The translations under genes were made by a program, and so were the position numbers. From NCBI GenBank assembly GCA_016840425.1, contig JAEOSI010000160.1:1-5445 (forward strand): DNA of 5,445 bases. The letters are read 5' to 3'. The notes under the pieces are model-generated. The model ran no database searches, had not been told where the DNA came from, and saw only the letters and a list, made by a program, of their open reading frames with translations. Position 1 is the stretch's first letter. Each line of letters starts with the position of its first letter. Below, in pieces: positions 1-5,303 of this stretch. Source of the DNA: Candidatus Wukongarchaeum yapensis (GTDB lineage: Archaea; Asgardarchaeota; Wukongarchaeia; Wukongarchaeales; Wukongarchaeaceae).

Positions 1-5
1 TGGCT

Positions 6-539
6 ATGGCTTTGAGGTTAGTGGTTCTTACTGCTGTTTTTGGGATTTTTTTTAGTACGACTGATCCTGATCGTTTGGCTTTGGCTTTGAGGAAGCTTCA
101 TTTTCCTTTTGAGTTTTGTTGGGCGATATCTACAGCTTTTAGGTTTATTCCTACGGTGGCTATGGAGGGGGAGAAGATCATTGATGCTCAAAAAGCGCGG
201 GGTTTAGAGCTTGAGAAGGGAGGTTTGATACAACGGACTAAAAAACTTCTGCCTATACTGGTGCCTTTGTTTACTAACAGTATTAGGAGGGCTCATAATA
301 TGGCTGAGGCTATGGAGTCGAGAGGGTGGAAGGCTACTAAGGAGAGGACGAGCCTTACGGATGAGAAATATAGGGCTATTGACTATTTTATCACAGTTAT
401 TCTTTTAATGATAACGTTTCTCTTAATTGTGCATCTGTTTTTCGTGGAGTTTCCTTTGCCTTCGTGGTTTGATTGGAAAATACCTCAAAAGTATGAGATA
501 AAAAACCACATTGACATTTCTCTCCCTCTCATTTCTTAG
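6..539 (+). CDS. ecfT: Energy-coupling factor (ECF) transporter transmembrane component T (CbiQ/EcfT family), probably 5'-truncated by the window edge
   Basis: Contains both X-R-G coupling-helix motifs typical of EcfT (DAQKARG and EAMESRG), the 'AFRFIPT' segment and a C-terminal hydrophobic helix. The frame is open upstream of ATG6 (gct at 3-5), and 177 aa is short for the family, so the true start probably lies outside the window. Confidence 0.92.
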   Translation: MALRLVVLTAVFGIFFSTTDPDRLALALRKLHFPFEFCWAISTAFRFIPTVAMEGEKIIDAQKARGLELEKGGLIQRTKKLLPILVPLFTNSIRRAHNMAEAMESRGWKATKERTSLTDEKYRAIDYFITVILLMITFLLIVHLFFVEFPLPSWFDWKIPQKYEIKNHIDISLPLIS

Positions 540-558
540 GGTGTTTTATATTGTTTTT

Positions 559-566
559 AAGGAGGT
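559..566 (+). promoter_or_regulatory. Shine-Dalgarno site for the cbiZ-like gene
   Basis: AAGGAGGT at 559-566, 8 nt upstream of ATG575. Confidence 0.8.
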
Positions 567-574
567 TTTGTTAG

Positions 575-1771
575 ATGGAGCTTGATGTTATTGTTCCTGG
601 TGTTAGGGCGGAAGTTGTTGGTAGTGAGTGTATAACCGTTTTGTTTGATAGGCCTTGGAAGACTTTGAGTTCTGCTTTTTTTAATGGGGGTTTTGTCGAT
701 TCGAGGTCTGTTTTAAACATGCATGTGCCGAAAAGTTATAGGCATCAGGATCCTGAGGGACATATTAGGAGGATGATCGAGAAGGTTGGATTGCCTGAGC
801 CTGTGGTTGGGATGATGACTGCTGCTGAAATGGAGAATGTTGCTGTAGTTAGTAAGGAGGATGAGGGAGGGGAGTTTAGGGTTACTGCTATTATTACTGC
901 AGGTGTTTCTAATCCTGCTACCGCGGGAGAAAGACAGCGTTTTCCTTTTCTTAATAATACTATCATCGTGATTTTGCTCCTTGATGGTGATTTTTCTCCA
1001 GCAGCTATGACGGGTTCTGTGTCAGTTGTTACTGAGGCTAAGACTGTAGCTTTGCGGGAGCTTGATGTTCGAAGTTTTTCGATGGATTCAGGTTATAGTT
1101 TGTTGACTAATCTTGCAAGCGGGACTACGACCGATACTGTGGTTGTTTCGTGTACTGGTAAGGGAAAGTCGGTTTGGTTTAATAGTACGGGTATTGAAGT
1201 GGGGAGGTTGATGGCATTGGCGGTTAAGGAGGGCGTTTTGGAAGCTTTGGAAAAACAGGATAAGCTGCGGGTTGGTAGACCTTTGATGAATCGACTTGAG
1301 GAGAGAGGGGTTTTTATCGATCATTTTATGAGGATTGCAATAGACCACTATTTTTCCCACTTTTCCGAGAATGAATCAAGAGATGATCTACCTGGGGAGG
1401 AAATTTTCAGGAAGGAGTTGGAGGAAGTTTTGTCTAGCTCTGGAGGAGTTTGTTCTCTTGTGATGGCGGGGCTTGGCTTGGAGAAGGAGGAGGAAAGAAG
1501 AGGGTTTATGCCTTATGAGGGGGAAATAGTTCTCCGAAAAGGGAGTAATGAGGAAATTCATAGGCTTCCTTCACGGGTTTTAGGAGGGGTTATTGCGGAT
1601 TATATAGGGGGAATGAAAGGATCAAAATTATATGAAGAAAGTGTTGAGATTTTCGAAAAAACAGGGAATAACCCCTTGAAAGGTGAGATGACGCCAACAA
1701 TGTATTATGTTCTTTCAGGGATTATTGGAGGAGTAATAGGCCGAATAGTTAAAAAAGGACGAAATGAATGA
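575..1771 (+). CDS. cbiZ: Adenosylcobinamide amidohydrolase CbiZ (about aa 1-235) fused to a C-terminal CobZ-like (archaeal alpha-ribazole phosphatase / PgpA-like) domain; CbiS-like architecture
   Basis: The N-terminal part has CbiZ motifs: LSSAFFNGG, VLNMHVP, GMMTAA, TAGVSNP, VTEAKTVALREL and ASGTTTD. The C-terminal part (RLEERG...ELEEVLS...SLVMAGLGLE...VLGGVIADYIGGMKG...GIIGG) follows the recalled CobZ pattern. It has a strong RBS and lies next to ecfT. Confidence 0.85.
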   Translation: MELDVIVPGVRAEVVGSECITVLFDRPWKTLSSAFFNGGFVDSRSVLNMHVPKSYRHQDPEGHIRRMIEKVGLPEPVVGMMTAAEMENVAVVSKEDEGGEFRVTAIITAGVSNPATAGERQRFPFLNNTIIVILLLDGDFSPAAMTGSVSVVTEAKTVALRELDVRSFSMDSGYSLLTNLASGTTTDTVVVSCTGKGKSVWFNSTGIEVGRLMALAVKEGVLEALEKQDKLRVGRPLMNRLEERGVFIDHFMRIAIDHYFSHFSENESRDDLPGEEIFRKELEEVLSSSGGVCSLVMAGLGLEKEEERRGFMPYEGEIVLRKGSNEEIHRLPSRVLGGVIADYIGGMKGSKLYEESVEIFEKTGNNPLKGEMTPTMYYVLSGIIGGVIGRIVKKGRNE

Positions 1772-1790
1772 AAATAATCCCTTTAAATCC

Positions 1791-1809
1791 TTGAATTAAG
1801 TTGAATTAA
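1791..1809. repeat. Short tandem direct repeat TTGAATTAA x2 (10-bp period), flanked by two CTTTAAAT copies (1781-1788, 1815-1822)
   Basis: Read directly from the sequence: ttgaattaa-g-ttgaattaa. Function unknown. Confidence 0.55.
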
Positions 1810-1956
1810 AATAACTTTAAATTTCGGGTTTTTTAGGAAGCAAAAGCTGGGAGGCTTAGTTATAACGTTGACGGGATTTCTGTTGGAAATACGCCGAAAA
1901 TATGGAGAAAAACCTAATTTAATTTTCCTCCTGCCAATTTTTACGTGGGACCCAGG

Positions 1957-1970
1957 TTCTTTTTTATTTT
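1957..1970 (+). terminator. Candidate archaeal oligo-T terminator (a second T6 tract lies at 1829-1834)
   Basis: ttcttttttatttt lies in the convergent intergenic region downstream of the + strand operon. Confidence 0.35.
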
Positions 1971-1983
1971 AAGAAGGTTAGGT

Positions 1984-2358
1984 TTAGAAAGGGTGTTCGG
2001 CTTCTTCGCAGGGCTCTTCTAAGGGTGTAGTTTCATTTTTTAGGAATTCGTTTATGGCTTCTTTTAGGGTTTGTGACTTGGATGTTAGTACTTTTATTCC
2101 GTGGCTTTTCATTATGTTTATTCCTCTGGGTCCCATATTTCGAACGATTATCACGTTTGCCCCGCTGTCAGCAATTATGATCGCTGGGCGTCCTCTCCCT
2201 CCAAAGTGTTGGCCTTTGTTCTCTGTATAGGTTATTTTTTCGACTTTTCCTTCATCAGATATCTCCACATTGGCGAAGAAGGGAGCTTTTCCCAAATGGG
2301 GGAATATTTGGGCGTTATCATTATCTTTTCTATCTACTGGTATCACTACTTTTACCAT
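1984..2358 (-). CDS. NifB/NifX family (COG1433, MTH1175/ORP-like) small metal-cofactor-binding protein, paralogue 1
   Basis: MVKVVIP start, F-P-H-L-G-K-A-P-F-F (variant of HFGRAPYF), N-x-G-Q-H-F-G-G and VIIVRNMGPRG...GIKV motifs. Cys/His acidic tail PCEEAEH; 124 aa. Possible RBS GTGAG at 2374-2370. Confidence 0.9.
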   Translation of the reverse strand: MVKVVIPVDRKDNDNAQIFPHLGKAPFFANVEISDEGKVEKITYTENKGQHFGGRGRPAIIIADSGANVIIVRNMGPRGINIMKSHGIKVLTSKSQTLKEAINEFLKNETTPLEEPCEEAEHPF

Positions 2359-2476
2359 GAGTTTGTCATCTCACTTTGTCTTATTTTATGGTTTTTATCG
2401 AAAAGTTTTTAGGAGGATTAAAGAATGGCTATCTTAAATAATTATTGTTTATTTTTTAAACAGGGAAGGAAGGAAA
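2359..2476. promoter_or_regulatory. AT-rich divergent promoter region between the NifX-like gene (-) and the Lrp regulator (+)
   Basis: 118-bp gap between divergent starts. TATA-like cttaaata (2433-2440) and ttttaaa (2454-2460). Purine-rich RBS-like (GGAA)x3 at 2464-2475. Exact promoter positions not resolvable. Confidence 0.5.
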
Positions 2477-3046
2477 ATGGATAACATTGAGAGGAAGATA
2501 ATTAAAGAGCTTATAAAAAATGCGCGTAAATCCTACAAAGAAATCGGAAAAACGATCGGATATACAACGATGGGTGCAAAAAAAAGGTTGGACAAACTCC
2601 TAAAAAACCAGTCAATCAAAATTACACCCCTCCTTAACGTAAAAAAACTCAAACTATATCTCGCCCTTGTTTTATTAGAAGTGGAGAATGCTAAAAAACT
2701 AAGTGAAATACTTCAAAGATTTGAAAGGTGTCCAAGGGTAATCAATGTTTTTACGGCCCTTAGCAGATACAACCTAATAGCCCTAATATTTGCAGAAGAC
2801 AAGGATACACTCGAAAGTATATCCATTGTGAAATCTTCTATTAGAAGCCAAGAAGGTATCCGGCGCTCCGAACTTTGCCCAATAGGCGAAACATTCTATT
2901 CAAATTTCCTCCCAATAAGGGAAGACTTATGCCACAAAGATTTAGATAAAAGCCCTTGCGGCATATACTGCATAACTTGTGAAAGATTCGAAAACAATAG
3001 ATGCGTAGGATGCGCTGCAACAAAACATTACAGAGGACTACTATGA
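2477..3046 (+). CDS. Lrp/AsnC family transcriptional regulator with C-terminal Cys-rich (DUF3795-like) extension
   Basis: N-terminal wHTH (MDNIERKIIKELIKNARKSYKEIGKTIG...AKKRLDKL), then a RAM-like domain (LYLALVLLEV...VINVFTALSRYNLIALIFAED) and a tail C161-x3-C165-x2-C168-x7-C176-x2-C179. Confidence 0.9.
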   Translation: MDNIERKIIKELIKNARKSYKEIGKTIGYTTMGAKKRLDKLLKNQSIKITPLLNVKKLKLYLALVLLEVENAKKLSEILQRFERCPRVINVFTALSRYNLIALIFAEDKDTLESISIVKSSIRSQEGIRRSELCPIGETFYSNFLPIREDLCHKDLDKSPCGIYCITCERFENNRCVGCAATKHYRGLL

Positions 3047-3048
3047 CC

Positions 3049-3079
3049 TTTTCTTTTCATTTTGCCTTTTTGTGGTTTT
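3049..3079 (+). terminator. Oligo-T run cluster, likely archaeal terminator of the Lrp gene
   Basis: ttttcttttcattttgcctttttgtggtttt begins 2 nt after the TGA at 3044-3046. Confidence 0.55.
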
Positions 3080-3131
3080 GGACTATTATAATATATTAAA
3101 AACCTTATTTCTAGAACTAGTTTTGATTTTT

Positions 3132-3989
3132 TTAGAGGAGGTAGTTTATTCTTTTCCAAATTTTTTTAATTTCTGTTGAGGCTTTTCCGTCTGGAGAGTA
3201 TTCTATTACATTTTTTCTTTCAAGCATCGCTTTTATTATATCTTCATCATATGGGATTTTTCCAAGGATTGGTATGTTGTTGTTGCTGCAATATTCTTCG
3301 ATTTTTTTCGAGTTTTCTAAGTTTATATCATGTTTGTTTATGCAAAGGGTGGGAAACACGTTGAAATGGCGTGTAACTTTTAGGATCCTGTAAAAGTCGT
3401 GGAGGCCGGATATTGTAGGTTCTGTAACGATTAAAGCCATGTCGATTCCGGTTATTGAAGCGATCACAGGGCAACCTATTCCGGGGGAGCCGTCAACGAT
3501 TATAAGGTCTTTATGGAGGTTTTCCGCCAAAGTTGTGGCCTTTCCCCGAACAAAGGATACGAGTTTTCCCGAAGCTCCTTCCCCCATATTTAGTTCAGCG
3601 TGAACCAATGGACCAAATCTGGTTTCCGAGGTATATAAGTAGCCCGTTTCTCTATTTTCTAGGTTGATGGCGTTTTTTGGGCATATATAAACACATAAGC
3701 CGCAACCTTCACATTTTGAAGACTGAATCTTCAAGTTTTTTATTGCGTCGAATCGGCAAAATTCTTCACATTTACCGCATTCGTTACACTTTGAATCGTC
3801 TTTTGAAGCAATTTTAGACCCTGTAAAGATCTCTTTTTCCTTTACTTCGGGTTTTAAGATGATATGGAGATCTGGAGCGTCAACATCGCAATCAGCCATA
3901 ATGCAATTTTCAGCAAGGGAAGCAAAGGCAGCTACAAGGGTTGTTTTTCCTGTTCCCCCTTTTCCACTAATTATCGTTAACTGCTTCAT
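3132..3989 (-). CDS. MinD/ParA-superfamily P-loop ATPase with inserted 2x[4Fe-4S] ferredoxin domain (COG1149 type), subunit B
   Basis: The strand is minus, contrary to the ORF track: the reverse complement of 3989-3960 reads atg aag cag tta acg ata att agt gga aaa. Deviant Walker A SGKGGTGKTT, DCDVDAPD, CNECGKCEEFC, CEGCGLCVYICP, DGSPGIGCP and VTEPT motifs. RBS AAGGAGG at 4003-3997. Confidence 0.95.
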   Translation of the reverse strand: MKQLTIISGKGGTGKTTLVAAFASLAENCIMADCDVDAPDLHIILKPEVKEKEIFTGSKIASKDDSKCNECGKCEEFCRFDAIKNLKIQSSKCEGCGLCVYICPKNAINLENRETGYLYTSETRFGPLVHAELNMGEGASGKLVSFVRGKATTLAENLHKDLIIVDGSPGIGCPVIASITGIDMALIVTEPTISGLHDFYRILKVTRHFNVFPTLCINKHDINLENSKKIEEYCSNNNIPILGKIPYDEDIIKAMLERKNVIEYSPDGKASTEIKKIWKRINYLL

Positions 3990-4831
3990 TTTTCTCCCTC
4001 CTTTATATGTTGGTATAGGTTAAGAAACTCTTCTTTCCATCCAAGCATTTCATTTACGAAAGGTATGCCCTTTGAGTAAAACTTAGCGATCTCAAGATCA
4101 TAAGGGATTTTCATTAGGAGAGGAATCTCTTTTTCTTCGCAATATTTTTCAACACTATTATCGCCAATACCGTCTTTGTTAATAATGACCCCGAAAGGTA
4201 TTTTCATAGCGTTTATCAACTTTATTGAAAGGGTTAGGTCGTAGAAGCCGAAGGGAGTAGGCTCTGTAACTAATATGCAGAAATCGACATCTTCAACCGT
4301 TTTAATTGCTGGACAAGCGTTGCCCGGGGGAGCATCAAGAATTACAAATTTATCTTCCCTAATTTTGCTTTTTAAAGCTTGTATTATGGAGGTTGAAATT
4401 GCTTCACCTATTTTTAGGATTCCTTGGTAGAACTCGATTTTTCCGTTCGTATATCCCCGTTTAATTTCGCCTATTTTCCTAGGTTTTTCGGTGATGGCTT
4501 CTTTTGGGCATGCTATGGAACATAAACCGCAACCCCTACAAGATTCCTCTAAAAGCATTATGTTTTTTGGAAGCACTGCAATAGCGTTATATTGACAGAG
4601 AATTGCGCATTTTCCACAAAAGTTGCATTTATCTTCATCAAAAACAGGGGTAGGAACAGTTATATCTTCCGCTATTTCTAGGGATGTGTTGAGAAATAGG
4701 TGAACGTTTGGTTCTTCTACGTCACAGTCTATAAGTTGTACCTCTATTTCATCTGCAAGGGAGAGGGCAAGATTTACCGCTATGGTAGTTTTTCCTGTTC
4801 CTCCTTTTCCGCTAACTATTGCTATCTTCAC
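3986..4831 (-). CDS. MinD/ParA-superfamily P-loop ATPase with inserted 2x[4Fe-4S] ferredoxin domain (COG1149 type), subunit A
   Basis: GTG start with AGGTG RBS at 4843-4839. Motifs SGKGGTGKTT, DCDVEEPN, CNFCGKCAILC, CRGCGLCSIACP, DAPPGNACP and VTEPTPFG. Its TGA overlaps the next ATG (ATGA, 3989-3986). Confidence 0.95.
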   Translation of the reverse strand: MKIAIVSGKGGTGKTTIAVNLALSLADEIEVQLIDCDVEEPNVHLFLNTSLEIAEDITVPTPVFDEDKCNFCGKCAILCQYNAIAVLPKNIMLLEESCRGCGLCSIACPKEAITEKPRKIGEIKRGYTNGKIEFYQGILKIGEAISTSIIQALKSKIREDKFVILDAPPGNACPAIKTVEDVDFCILVTEPTPFGFYDLTLSIKLINAMKIPFGVIINKDGIGDNSVEKYCEEKEIPLLMKIPYDLEIAKFYSKGIPFVNEMLGWKEEFLNLYQHIKEGEK

Positions 4832-4838
4832 AAAAAAA

Positions 4839-4843
4839 CACCT
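4839..4843 (-). promoter_or_regulatory. Shine-Dalgarno site (AGGTG) for ATPase A
   Basis: 7 nt upstream of GTG4831; complementary to the extended 16S rRNA 3' end commonly used in archaea. Confidence 0.7.
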
Positions 4844-4919
4844 GAAAAAATCTGAATCATTCTATCTTTCTCTTTTTTTGCTTTTTAAATAGAAGCCGGG
4901 AATATTCTAAGGATTCCTC

Positions 4920-5303
4920 TTATATTCTTCTGTACCCTTTTCTTTCAATACGTCTTCCTAGTTCTGTGGGCAATTCTATTTCTTTTAACTCCCCTCTTTT
5001 ATAAAGTTCTAGCAAATCGGATATCTTCCCAGTTTTACCCATGAAAAATTTTATCCCTGCAACTTTTAAAACTTGGAAAGCTTTTGGGCCAATTTTACCA
5101 CTTATAATGGCGTTGACATTTTTGTTTACGAGGATTTGTGCTGCCTGAATACCAGCACCGTTTAAAGCATTAACCCCCGTATTTTGCAGATTTTCGACCT
5201 GCATATCATTTGTGTCGATTATTACGAAGTAGGGACAACGGCCAAAACGTGAAGAAAGTTGAGCCTTTAACCCTTTACCCATAGATGGAAACGCGATCTT
5301 CAA
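4920..5303 (-). CDS. NifB/NifX family (COG1433) protein, orange-protein (ORP)-like, paralogue 2
   Basis: TTG start with GAAGGA RBS at 5316-5311. Motifs MKIAFPS, SSRFGRCPYFVIID, GAGIQAAQ and IISGKIGPKAFQVL..AGIK; basic Arg-rich tail (GRRIERKGYRRI). Confidence 0.92.
   Translation of the reverse strand: MKIAFPSMGKGLKAQLSSRFGRCPYFVIIDTNDMQVENLQNTGVNALNGAGIQAAQILVNKNVNAIISGKIGPKAFQVLKVAGIKFFMGKTGKISDLLELYKRGELKEIELPTELGRRIERKGYRRI

Noticed and set aside
540-574. Cobalamin riboswitch or internal promoter before cbiZ
   Set aside because: The 35-nt gap is far too short for a riboswitch. A TATA-like ttttatat (544-551) would place the start site downstream of the strong RBS, so it was not called.
745-966. 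73-aa minus-strand ORF
   Set aside because: Antisense shadow of cbiZ; no recognisable motif or RBS.
1088-1360. 90-aa minus-strand ORF
   Set aside because: Lies wholly within cbiZ on the opposite strand; no family features.
1781-1822. Short repeats as a CRISPR array or transposon end
   Set aside because: Units are only 8-9 bp with no spacers of CRISPR length, no terminal inverted repeats and no transposase.
2352-2369. Five-codon uORF (MTNSW*) overlapping the NifX-like start on the minus strand
   Set aside because: Its ATG directly abuts the putative RBS with no spacer; probably chance.
2101-2412. 103-aa plus-strand ORF
   Set aside because: Mostly antisense to the well-supported NifX-like gene; its hydrophobic, aromatic look reflects the T-rich strand.
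2957-2980. CxxxCxxC as a radical-SAM signature
   Set aside because: It lies at the C terminus of a small HTH protein with no TIM-barrel sequence following, so this is not a radical SAM enzyme.
2841-3023. 60-aa minus-strand Cys-containing ORF
   Set aside because: Antisense to the Lrp C-terminal region; no RBS and no coherent motif.
3176-3364. 62-aa plus-strand ORF with CCCC run
   Set aside because: Antisense to ATPase B; the Cys run comes from tgt-tgt-tgt-tgc, the complement of the AAC/AGC-type codons of the real gene.
1984-5303. Interpretation as nitrogen fixation (nif) or cell-division (minD) genes
   Set aside because: No nifHDK or minCE in the window. Stand-alone COG1433 proteins and ferredoxin-insert ATPases are widespread in non-diazotrophic anaerobes.
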